The notes: generated from the sequence alone by a model not told the origin. A stretch of DNA of 57,013 nt from a virus (IMGVR_UViG_3300043756_000110:1-57013), one strand, 5' to 3'. Shown: positions 9,902 to 17,032, counted from the stretch's first letter. Numbers and translations are program-made.

Positions 9902-10312
9902 TTATCCAACCGGCTCATCGCTCAAGAATTCATCCGGATCCGCCGAGTTGCCCGACGGCTCTACTCGCACCGGCGGCGTCGATGTCGTAAGCCGTCCCGC
10001 TGACGGCATATATTTCTGCAGCCAATCCTCCTGGCTCGTCGGAGTGGGTATCGGAACCGGCGCGACCCGCGCCTCGTCACTGCTTGGCCCAACTTCTCGA
10101 TCCCTCGATGAAGCCGCTGGCGGTTCCGATAGCGCGGACACGAGATTCTCGAGATACGGAATCCGTACAGAGAGGTACTCCAGTTTCCGGAGCGTTTCCG
10201 TGCGTTGTGCCACTCTCCGCTCCAGCTCGGCCTCGGCTTTACTCAAAGCGGATTCGTAGATGGTGCGGCGTGGTTCGCGCCGGCGCCGCGGCCGCGTCTT
10301 CTTCCTTATCAT
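9902..10312 (-). CDS. Hypothetical protein (basic N-terminus, coiled coil)
   Basis: ATGA overlap with the upstream gene; part of the leftward operon. Confidence 0.5.
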   Translation of the reverse strand: MIRKKTRPRRRREPRRTIYESALSKAEAELERRVAQRTETLRKLEYLSVRIPYLENLVSALSEPPAASSRDREVGPSSDEARVAPVPIPTPTSQEDWLQKYMPSAGRLTTSTPPVRVEPSGNSADPDEFLSDEPVG

Positions 10313-10656
10313 CTGACATGCTCCTTTTTCTTCTGATCCTTCACACGCGCCGCCTGCGTTTTGAATTTAAATAATGCCAGCTGCATTGCGGTGTCCTCTT
10401 TGTGCTCCTCTGCATACTCGAGTTTCTGCTTCTCTTCTTCCGACAGATCGGTCCAGACATAAGGCCAGCGGTTTTCCGGATGCGCCACTTCCCATACTTC
10501 GACGAGATCGGTTTCCACCTGATGCTGACATTTGAAACAGACGCCGGCGTGACGATAATCGATCAACTGACAGAGCCGACATGTGAGAAGCTTTGGCGGA
10601 AACCATGCGCGCTTCTCGCGATCCAATTCCCTGGCGAAGGCTTCTCTCAGCGTCAT
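10309..10656 (-). CDS. Zinc-finger-like hypothetical protein
   Basis: CRLC...CFKC; starts just after the unit G hairpin. Confidence 0.55.
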   Translation of the reverse strand: MTLREAFARELDREKRAWFPPKLLTCRLCQLIDYRHAGVCFKCQHQVETDLVEVWEVAHPENRWPYVWTDLSEEEKQKLEYAEEHKEDTAMQLALFKFKTQAARVKDQKKKEHVR

Positions 10657-10668
10657 TCATTTCAATCT

Positions 10669-10753
10669 GTGCATAGCACCCATGCCTAGCCCTGCCTTAC
10701 CTTGCCTCGCCGAGCCCAGCCATACCGGGCCCTGCCCCGGCCTCACCTGGGCC
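10669..10753 (-). ncRNA. GGY-NN guide-like RNA unit G
   Basis: About 14 units (plus: at ta ct tt tt tc ga ca at gg ct ccg tc tgg; two 3-nt irregularities at the 5' end), then hairpin GGG-UGC-UAU-GCA-C. Confidence 0.75.
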
Positions 10754-11000
10754 TGTCTGACTTATTCCGTGTTGTCTCCGAACAAACTGGACTGCAATCG
10801 TGTTGATGTCTTGGATTCAAGCCTCGTGGCTGCCGTGCTTCGATTGGTAGAAGACAAATCCCGCAGCGGCCGGTTCTCATGTACTCTCCAGGCTGGTATT
10901 GCGGTTCGGATATCGGCGTCGGCGTGGGGAACGAATCCCAGTCGATCTGCAAGTCCGGAAGCAACGGGTCTTGCGGTTTGTTGGGTTTTTGCTTTGCCAT
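10743..11000 (-). CDS. Small Cys-containing hypothetical protein
   Basis: CGIC...CSPVC. An alternative frame (10762-11010) also exists. Confidence 0.4.
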   Translation of the reverse strand: MAKQKPNKPQDPLLPDLQIDWDSFPTPTPISEPQYQPGEYMRTGRCGICLLPIEARQPRGLNPRHQHDCSPVCSETTRNKSDRPR

Positions 11001-11010
11001 TCCACACCAT

Positions 11011-11322
11011 TCAAGGACACCTCATGAAAACGCGCATGCGTGAACCGTTCTGGCCCAGGCGTGAGGCGTGCGTGCATTCAATCCGATGAATTCTCGCTAA
11101 TGCGTGGGCTATGCGGCGTAGTCGCTTCTGTATCGCCGGATCTTCAGCATCAAATTCCAACTCCTTACAAACATCCTCAACGGTGAACCACTTTCCTTTC
11201 GCATCGAAAAGGACGAAGAATATATCCAAGCTGTCGTTCAGCGCCTGGAACCGTCGGTAGCGGTAATTCTGGCGCGCTCCCCTTATATGAACGCGACCAC
11301 GGGTTGTCATTTCCTTCGTCAT
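11011..11322 (-). CDS. Putative winged-helix DNA-binding protein
   Basis: WFTVEDVCKEL...KRLRRIAHALARIHRIEC resembles a wHTH. Confidence 0.45.
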   Translation of the reverse strand: MTKEMTTRGRVHIRGARQNYRYRRFQALNDSLDIFFVLFDAKGKWFTVEDVCKELEFDAEDPAIQKRLRRIAHALARIHRIECTHASRLGQNGSRMRVFMRCP

Positions 11323-11342
11323 GACTCACTTTTTAAATTGCT

Positions 11343-11427
11343 GTGCATCGCACCCATGCCAAGCCAAGCCGTACCGTGCCATCCCCGGCCTCACCAGGCC
11401 TTGCCGAACCGCACCGTGCCCTGCCGC
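11343..11427 (-). ncRNA. GGY-NN guide-like RNA unit F
   Basis: 15 dinucleotides (plus: at aa aa gt gt at cg tc ag tt ga gc gt ct gc), then hairpin GGG-UGC-GAU-GCA-C. Confidence 0.8.
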
Positions 11428-11438
11428 CTTGATTTTCC

Positions 11439-11538
11439 GGTCATAGACCCCATGCCAAGCCGTGCCGCACCGCACCGTGCCTTGCCGCACCAGGCCTAGC
11501 CCAGCCAGACCGCGCCAAGCCTCACCGCGCTGGGCCGA
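11439..11538 (-). ncRNA. GGY-NN guide-like RNA unit E
   Basis: 18 dinucleotides (plus: at aa gt gc gc gt tt gc ag ta ca ag gc aa tc gc gg ga), then hairpin GGG-GUC-UAU-GAC-C. Confidence 0.8.
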
Positions 11539-11546
11539 ATTTCTTT

Positions 11547-11621
11547 GTGCATTGCACCCACGCCCCGCCGTGCCCAACCAAGCCAAACCAAACCACGCCT
11601 CACCAAGCCTCGCCCCGCCTC
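11547..11621 (-). ncRNA. GGY-NN guide-like RNA unit D
   Basis: 13 dinucleotides (plus: ac cc gt ca aa aa aa ac tc aa tc cc tc), then hairpin GGG-UGC-AAU-GCA-C. Confidence 0.8.
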
Positions 11622-11623
11622 AC

Positions 11624-12136
11624 TTATTTCTTGTCCTTCGCCATGACCTTCGGCGTCATTTCGGGTGGTCCTGGAGCTAATGACCGGAATTGACGCGACT
11701 CGATCATTGCTGAATAGACGTGTTTTGCGGCCAAAATACGATGATCTTTGATCTTGCGTTCTTGTTCGGTCAGATCGGAGTCGGCGATATTTGCGACGGC
11801 GCGATGCGAATGGCGAACCTTCCGACCTGCATGCTGATCGAGATCTCCGGAATACTCCAATTGCTCAGATGCCGACAACACGCGAATTCCAACACCAATG
11901 TCTCCCCTAAGATCGCCCCGTATTTCGATTCCGGTTTCGCGGGCGACTTTTTTACGCCACCGCACAACCACGGTTTTATAACGACTCGTGTCGCGCTTTA
12001 ATCCGGTGACACGCTCGAGCTCTTCATGTTTGATTGTCGAACCGCGCAGACTTTGAATGTCCGTGAAATGTTCAGTCAATTTCCGGATTTCAAAATCTGT
12101 TGGCAAACCTTTCGTAAAAATATTCGCTTCGGTCAT
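11624..12136 (-). CDS. Hypothetical protein embedded in the repeat locus (candidate accessory protein)
   Basis: Likely true start is MTEANIF at 12136. The longer N-terminus in the ORF track is translated repeat. The ATG lies inside the unit C hairpin. Confidence 0.7.
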   Translation of the reverse strand: MTEANIFTKGLPTDFEIRKLTEHFTDIQSLRGSTIKHEELERVTGLKRDTSRYKTVVVRWRKKVARETGIEIRGDLRGDIGVGIRVLSASEQLEYSGDLDQHAGRKVRHSHRAVANIADSDLTEQERKIKDHRILAAKHVYSAMIESRQFRSLAPGPPEMTPKVMAKDKK

Positions 12137-12275
12137 AGACCCCCTGCCTTGCCTCACCTTGCCCTGCCTTGCCTGACCGCGCCGCGCCGTGCCAGACCCA
12201 ACCACGCCCTGCCGTGCCGCGCCCAACCGCGCCATGGCCGGCCTTGCCTCACCACGCCGAGCCCCGCCCCGCCAT
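12131..12275 (-). ncRNA. GGY-NN guide-like RNA unit C
   Basis: 27 dinucleotides in register, then hairpin GGG-GUC-UAU-GAC-C. Confidence 0.8.
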
Positions 12276-12284
12276 TTCGTTTCT

Positions 12285-12419
12285 GGTCATCGACCCCATG
12301 CCCTGCCCCGCCTTACCGCGCCGTGCCGCGCCGAACCACGCCAGACTCTGCCATGCCCCGCCTCGCCCTGCCGCGCCCTGCCATGCCAAACCGAGCGGAG
12401 CCATGCTCTGCCGCGCCCG
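12285..12419 (-). ncRNA. GGY-NN guide-like RNA unit B
   Basis: 25 dinucleotides in register, then hairpin GGG-GUC-GAU-GAC-C. Confidence 0.8.
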
Positions 12420-12438
12420 AAATCCATAATTTCGATGT

Positions 12439-12508
12439 GTGCATTGCACCCTCGCCACGCCTTGCCGAACCGAACCGCGCCGGACCCTGCCGTGCCGAGG
12501 CCGGCCAC
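12439..12508 (-). ncRNA. GGY-NN guide-like RNA unit A
   Basis: 12 dinucleotides (plus: tc ac tt ga ga gc gg ct gt ga cg ac), then hairpin GGG-UGC-AAU-GCA-C. Begins 4 nt after the stop of the RAMP-like gene. Confidence 0.8.
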
Positions 12509-12512
12509 GAAC

Positions 12513-13184
12513 TTAAAGCTCAGTGAGCGCCGCCAGCTTAAACATCCCATATGGTCCGGGCTTTTGCGAACCGGGACGCCAATCGCAAAGACCTCTGTAA
12601 TTTCCAGCGTGTTCCAGGATGTTTCTAATGACCGATTCCGTAATGCCATCATCCCAAACTGTAATCGTAAACTCTAGACTCCATGAATCAAATCGCGGCC
12701 GTACTCGGATATGTTTCGTTTTTCCATTGATTTTGGCGCGCTTGGTGAATAGACGGAATCCTAATTTCTTTGTGGCTTCCAAATGATCCGTAAATTTGTT
12801 CTTTCCCATTAGCGTCTCAATCGGAGCCCATGGAATACTCTTTCCGTCCACAATTAGTGGAATAAACATATCGTCCACTTTCATTCCACTCTGCGTTTGT
12901 GCTTTAAATGTTTTTGCGCCTCGAGTGCTTCCCGTCGGCACGAGCATGCCGCCCTCCATCATGCAGGTCGATAAGTTATCGCTCGCTATACAGATCTGTT
13001 TACCATCGTGATAGACAGATCCGATCCATCTATACGCTGGACTCCGATCATCGCCAGCTTTAGAGTTGGCTTTGTTCTTGGGATCCTTTTTCCACTCCTC
13101 CATTTGATCCGCCCACTCAATGTTGTCCCAATGCATCAGAAGCGGTGTCAGTCCTTCCAATATCACGGCGTAAGTTCGAATCAT
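12513..13184 (-). CDS. Stand-alone Cas7/RAMP-like RNA-binding protein (Vipr-like effector)
   Basis: N-terminal strand with LEGLTPLLMH, HIRVRPRFDSWSLEFTI, and C-terminal glycine-rich loop AGNYRGLCDWRP..GPYGMF, matching the RAMP signature layout. No other cas effector genes. Confidence 0.75.
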   Translation of the reverse strand: MIRTYAVILEGLTPLLMHWDNIEWADQMEEWKKDPKNKANSKAGDDRSPAYRWIGSVYHDGKQICIASDNLSTCMMEGGMLVPTGSTRGAKTFKAQTQSGMKVDDMFIPLIVDGKSIPWAPIETLMGKNKFTDHLEATKKLGFRLFTKRAKINGKTKHIRVRPRFDSWSLEFTITVWDDGITESVIRNILEHAGNYRGLCDWRPGSQKPGPYGMFKLAALTEL

Positions 13185-13897
13185 GTTGAATGCTGGTCTC
13201 CTTTCAATTGAATCAACGATGCCTTTAACAGCTCCGTGAGCCGGCGCTCCTCGAAGTTGTCCGAACGTCTGCGGACGCTGTCGCCCCGGAAATAGCCGCG
13301 CTTCACGGCAAGATCCGCCAGAACCTCCAGACGATCGGAGAACGCGCTCACTTCCACTGAGAGCCTCTTGATGAATGTTTCATCGCGCTCAATGGCGTAC
13401 AGGGCATATGGCAAGTCCGGGTGATAGCTCAGAAGCCATGTGCGTTCGCGTTCTCCGATCCAGAGCTGACCTTGCGTCTGAATCCAGTACTCCTTCTTGG
13501 CCGCTTCAGGAGCCATGAGATTCATCATGTGCCGCGGGATCTGTGGACACTTCACTTCCAGAAAGCCGTCATCGACGGAGCGGTCTGGAGACGTTCCCCA
13601 ACGTTCGTCGTCGTCGGTGATGAAGCCCACCTCCTCGGTCTCCCGATCGGTCACCAGTGTGAAGTACTGAACGGCCTTATGTTCAAGCTCCGATCCCCGC
13701 TCCATCGCGAAGGATATGTATTCGTCGAGCGGATGGCCCAGGATGCGTTCAGCGAGTAGATCGAACAGAAAAGGATCGGCTTGGCTCGAGGGCTTACCGG
13801 TTAGCGTAATGACGCGATGGAATGCCGAACTGCAGGGGATGCCAGCACGCTTCTGGGACCATTCGAAAGAGCCCTGTTTACACCGGTGGATTTTCAT
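13181..13897 (-). CDS. YqaJ / lambda-exonuclease family recombination nuclease
   Basis: QGSFEWSQKRAG, MERGSELE, GTSPD, LEVKCP, YWIQTQGQLW. Confidence 0.9.
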   Translation of the reverse strand: MKIHRCKQGSFEWSQKRAGIPCSSAFHRVITLTGKPSSQADPFLFDLLAERILGHPLDEYISFAMERGSELEHKAVQYFTLVTDRETEEVGFITDDDERWGTSPDRSVDDGFLEVKCPQIPRHMMNLMAPEAAKKEYWIQTQGQLWIGERERTWLLSYHPDLPYALYAIERDETFIKRLSVEVSAFSDRLEVLADLAVKRGYFRGDSVRRRSDNFEERRLTELLKASLIQLKGDQHST

Positions 13898-14597
13898 TCG
13901 CCTTTCTCCGTTTTTCCAATAGATCTATGGCGCGTCTTAGGTCGGCTTTTTTCAGATCCGCAACTTTCTCGATGCGAAAATATTCCAAGAACAGTTTCTT
14001 ATTCGCCCCTACGTCGGCGATGACCGTCTCGAGATCCTTGACCTGTTCGGCATCGATGGTCTCAACGTTCTCCGGCGATTCACCACGTTCGCGCTCCACA
14101 ATGTTGAAATGCAGCTTGTAGAGCTGGCGTCTGGCATAACTGATCGTCGAACCCTCCGACTGAACACCGGAACGAAAGTCGGATTTATCTAGGGGGAGAT
14201 TGACGCATTTTGTTTCCTCGTGACCTTGCAAATGCTTCAGGGTTCCACCGAATTCACGCATGCCATCCTTGATGCCCAGTTCCGTCATATCAAATGCGAA
14301 CCCGTGTTCATCCATTAAGGGCCGAAGCACGATATCCAGCTGCTCTAGAGTTGCGTAGCGGCTACGCACTTCGTTCTTCACGACGATGGAGCCGTCTTTG
14401 GTTACGGCAATCTTCGCTTGGGCATCGTGTAACGCCTTGAAATACGCTCGGCGCGCCTCGCGGTCTTCCTCTGCACGTTTCATGGCCAGCAGCTCTTTCA
14501 TGACCTCGACTTGATCCCGCGCATTCGGAGAACCCACGATCTGCTGGACGATTTCCATAATTGTCGGTTCATGCTTGATGAGATCGTTCTTACTCAT
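13878..14597 (-). CDS. ERF-family ssDNA-annealing protein
   Basis: RYATLEQL...PLMDEHGF and QSEGSTISYARR, the ERF GS.ITYARRY-like motif. Confidence 0.85.
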   Translation of the reverse strand: MSKNDLIKHEPTIMEIVQQIVGSPNARDQVEVMKELLAMKRAEEDREARRAYFKALHDAQAKIAVTKDGSIVVKNEVRSRYATLEQLDIVLRPLMDEHGFAFDMTELGIKDGMREFGGTLKHLQGHEETKCVNLPLDKSDFRSGVQSEGSTISYARRQLYKLHFNIVERERGESPENVETIDAEQVKDLETVIADVGANKKLFLEYFRIEKVADLKKADLRRAIDLLEKRRKANENPPV

Positions 14598-14890
14598 TGA
14601 TCCTCCGCTTTGCGCTTGCGCTCCCGTAATTTGTTCTTCACATGACGGTCATGCGCCCCTTGATAGCCGTGACAATCCCAAGGCGTATGGTTATGGAGAT
14701 AGCCCACGATGGCCGGCAAGGCTTCAAGGCTACGCTCATCCGCCCGCCCGATGGCACCATCCAGATTGTTGTCAATGCAGGCCTGCAGGAAATGTCCGGT
14801 GGGGATTCCAAAGCGGACATAGTTATCGATCGTTTCCTTGATGTCTTCGGGTAGAACCGTCTCTCTGAAAATGTAGGTGCCGTTGGTCAT
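14594..14890 (-). CDS. Phage hypothetical protein
   Basis: YVRFGIPTGHFLQACIDNNLDGAIGRAD...CHG. Start reassigned to ATG 14890 (ATGA overlap). Confidence 0.65.
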   Translation of the reverse strand: MTNGTYIFRETVLPEDIKETIDNYVRFGIPTGHFLQACIDNNLDGAIGRADERSLEALPAIVGYLHNHTPWDCHGYQGAHDRHVKNKLRERKRKAEDQ

Positions 14891-15102
14891 ACGAACTCCA
14901 GACTGCCGGGATCGGTCGCTTCTGGTGTCTCTCCGGTTCTCGGAATCGGCGGGCCTCCGTCGTACTGGCGGAAGTAGTAGCGGACAAAAATGAAGCGATC
15001 GTTCCAGCGCACGATCTTCCCCCATTCGGTTAAACCTTGGACGCTGTATCGCACCTCGCGATTAACGTCGCCGGAATTCAGCTTACGGATATCGATAGAC
15101 AT
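14887..15102 (-). CDS. Small beta-rich hypothetical protein
   Basis: VRY...EWGKIVRWNDRFIFVRY, SH3-like pattern; coupled to the next gene. Confidence 0.55.
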   Translation of the reverse strand: MSIDIRKLNSGDVNREVRYSVQGLTEWGKIVRWNDRFIFVRYYFRQYDGGPPIPRTGETPEATDPGSLEFV

Positions 15103-15161
15103 AAGCGTTTAACCTGCCAGAGTCGTTCGCTCGCCAATCATCGATGGGACTCCACGTGGCT

Positions 15162-15176
15162 GACCTACCAAGTCGC
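15162..15176 (+). repeat. 15-bp direct repeat, copy 1 (GACCTACCAAGTCGC)
   Basis: Identical copy at 16555-16569. Confidence 0.7.
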
Positions 15177-15182
15177 CCCGCT

Positions 15183-15458
15183 TCACCAGATTGTTCGAAA
15201 TCTCGCCGCTCTCAACTTATCGAGCGGAATCTGTAAACGTCTGGCAATTTTTGTGGCATTCAGTAAACTGACAACGGCATTGTCCGCCTCACACTTTCGA
15301 TACGTCATGGTGGCGATACCAATTTCTTTAGCGGCGGCCACCTGCGAGAGTCCCTGATCCAGGCGCCATTCGAGGATCTGATCGGGATCGAGTTGGACAC
15401 CTCGCACAAGAGGATTAGGCTTGGGGCCGCGCCGTCGTGCTCGTCTCTTATTCGCCAT
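15183..15458 (-). CDS. Cro-like XRE HTH regulator
   Basis: WRLDQGLSQVAAAKEIGIATMTYRKCE; start MANKRR with RBS GAGGG. Confidence 0.75.
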   Translation of the reverse strand: MANKRRARRRGPKPNPLVRGVQLDPDQILEWRLDQGLSQVAAAKEIGIATMTYRKCEADNAVVSLLNATKIARRLQIPLDKLRAARFRTIW

Positions 15459-15523
15459 ATTGCCCTCAAATAAATGGCGATTATTTAATGCCCAATCCCC
15501 TCCAAAGATCAATATTAATCGGC

Positions 15524-15610
15524 TGGTATAATCAATCCAACAATTTAGCCATCATGCCTCATCTAACTACAATCCATAAATATCTAACCATCAGCTAACT
15601 AGATCAGTTA
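15524..15610 (+). promoter_or_regulatory. Immunity switch region: extended -10 promoter and operator-like repeats
   Basis: TGgTATAAT at 15524-32; repeated CTAAC(T/C)A; inverted repeat TAACT-agatc-AGTTA at 15596-15610; AT-rich gap between divergent HTH genes. Confidence 0.5.
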
Positions 15611-15656
15611 CTCTTGTGGACTGCGAGGCAGGCTGCAGGGAGGCATCCCTGGAAGG

Positions 15657-16079
15657 ATGGTGTTTAAAAAAATGACGTATGGGCAGATCTTACGATATTT
15701 CAGGGAGAAGGCCGGCAATGAGTCCAAGACCGCGTTTGCCCGCCGACTAGGAATGATGGCGTCGAATCACTATATCGGTGCCGAGAATGACCGTGAGGAG
15801 AAGAAACCGTCACTCGATTTGCTGGAGCGGGCGGCGAAGCTCGCAGGGCTGGAATTCCAAGACTTCATCAACCCGCCTCACGAGAATCGATCCGAGAAGC
15901 AGTTCCGTGTTGAGAACAGAGAACTCCATCGACAACTTGAAGCTGTCCTGAACCGGGATGATGATGTCTCGGACTGGCTCGCTTCCAACATTAGTGTCTT
16001 CTATCACCGTTTCTTCGGTGGGGCTGAGGGCATCGAGATTGAAACACATCAAAGACGTCAGGCAAGGCGTCTAAAATAA
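15657..16079 (+). CDS. CI-like XRE HTH repressor (no S24 peptidase domain)
   Basis: YGQILRYFREKAGNESKTAFARRLGM...ENDREEKKPSLDLLERAA; divergent from the cro-like gene. Confidence 0.75.
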   Translation: MVFKKMTYGQILRYFREKAGNESKTAFARRLGMMASNHYIGAENDREEKKPSLDLLERAAKLAGLEFQDFINPPHENRSEKQFRVENRELHRQLEAVLNRDDDVSDWLASNISVFYHRFFGGAEGIEIETHQRRQARRLK

Positions 16080-16380
16080 TATCGGGTACCTCGATCTCAC
16101 CTAGAACATGTTCCGGCAGCCGTAAATGATTGGTGATCACGAATATCTTAATCCGCGGCCGGAAACGGCCGACGACCAGATTGTGCAGGCCGTGGCGCTT
16201 GCGTAGTCGAGATCGAAATTCATTGAAGACCTCCGGCAAGACATCGAAGATCTCCGGCAGAATGTTGCCCTCACCGGCAACGCACTGCTCAAGCCGATGG
16301 TGATTGGTGACGATGAACACTTTGTTCGTGGGAGTATGGTACGGGCCGCTAGCTACACTGTGACCGCTCAGAACTGACAT
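15991..16380 (-). CDS. Hypothetical protein with an internal tandem duplication
   Basis: RBS AGGGG; two ~40-aa repeats (KVFIVTNHHRL..LPEVFNEFRSR / KIFVITNHLRL..LPDVFDVFQSR). Confidence 0.55.
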   Translation of the reverse strand: MSVLSGHSVASGPYHTPTNKVFIVTNHHRLEQCVAGEGNILPEIFDVLPEVFNEFRSRLRKRHGLHNLVVGRFRPRIKIFVITNHLRLPEHVLGEIEVPDIILDALPDVFDVFQSRCPQPHRRNGDRRH

Positions 16381-16483
16381 ATTGTTCCCCTAGACGCTGC
16401 GATTCCCCGGAGTGTAGCGGACAGTGTATAGAGTTAGACTACTGAGGTATAGTCCGTATTTCTACGGAGTTTGGCCCTGTTGC

Positions 16484-16547
16484 TTTTACAAATCGACGAC
16501 ATTTTACAAATGCGTGATTGACCCGGCGAGGGCGTTCGTTATAGGAT
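16484..16547 (+). promoter_or_regulatory. Rightward promoter with upstream direct repeats
   Basis: TTTTACAAAT x2 (16484, 16502); TTGACC(16518-23)-18 bp-TAGGAT(16542-47). Confidence 0.45.
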
Positions 16548-16554
16548 CTCGCGC

Positions 16555-16569
16555 GACCTACCAAGTCGC
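16555..16569 (+). repeat. 15-bp direct repeat, copy 2
   Basis: Identical to 15162-15176. Confidence 0.7.
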
Positions 16570-16726
16570 TTCGCTCACCACGGAAGGAGAGCGAAATGTT
16601 CGTCAAGCTGCTGATTCTGACATTCGCTCCCTGCATCGTTCTAGCGGTGTGGGGAGTTTCGTCTTATCTTTCAACCCACCGCCGATTCCGACGCTTCCTT
16701 CGTCGTTCGATAAGGAGGGTGTCGTG

Positions 16727-17032
16727 ATGGGTAAAAAAATCATTCCTTTTAACCACGAAAACGAACCATTCAACGAGATTCAACTATGCAAGGAAATGCA
16801 GGAGTTCCTCAAACATCCAACGTTTGAGGACACCGAGCAGGAATATTTCGCACAGAGTACCGCGGCCCGATATTCGGGCATTTCGGCACGTAAATTAGTC
16901 GATCTCAGTAATAAAGGCCTGATCCCCTGCTATAACGTTTTGGACCGACGGACCTATAAACGCGAAGACCTCGACCGATTCATGCAATCGGTAAAGTGGA
17001 CGCCACATCGCATGAAAGGCCAGAAGGATTAG
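16727..17032 (+). CDS. Excisionase-like (MerR/HTH_17-type) DNA-binding protein
   Basis: AARYSGISARKLVDLSNKGLIPC...RRTYKREDLDRF; RBS TAAGGAGG; directly upstream of the integrase. Confidence 0.75.
   Translation: MGKKIIPFNHENEPFNEIQLCKEMQEFLKHPTFEDTEQEYFAQSTAARYSGISARKLVDLSNKGLIPCYNVLDRRTYKREDLDRFMQSVKWTPHRMKGQKD

Noticed and set aside
10669-12508. Canonical CRISPR array or simple microsatellite
   Set aside because: There are no 23-50-bp identical repeats with spacers and no cas1/2. The dinucleotides are too variable, and the units too regularly punctuated, for slippage repeats.
11287-12677. Many overlapping ARHG/PCRA-rich ORFs across the pentamer repeats (also 7869-8075 and 10583-11089)
   Set aside because: A 5-nt period is stop-poor in most frames and has no codon logic. 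The hairpins and linkers point to RNA function.
16484-16495. Ungapped 12-nt match (CGATTTGTAAAA) between concatenated unit H dinucleotides and the minus strand upstream of the xis promoter
   Set aside because: About one such 12-mer is expected by chance over all units and both strands, and the match does not extend.
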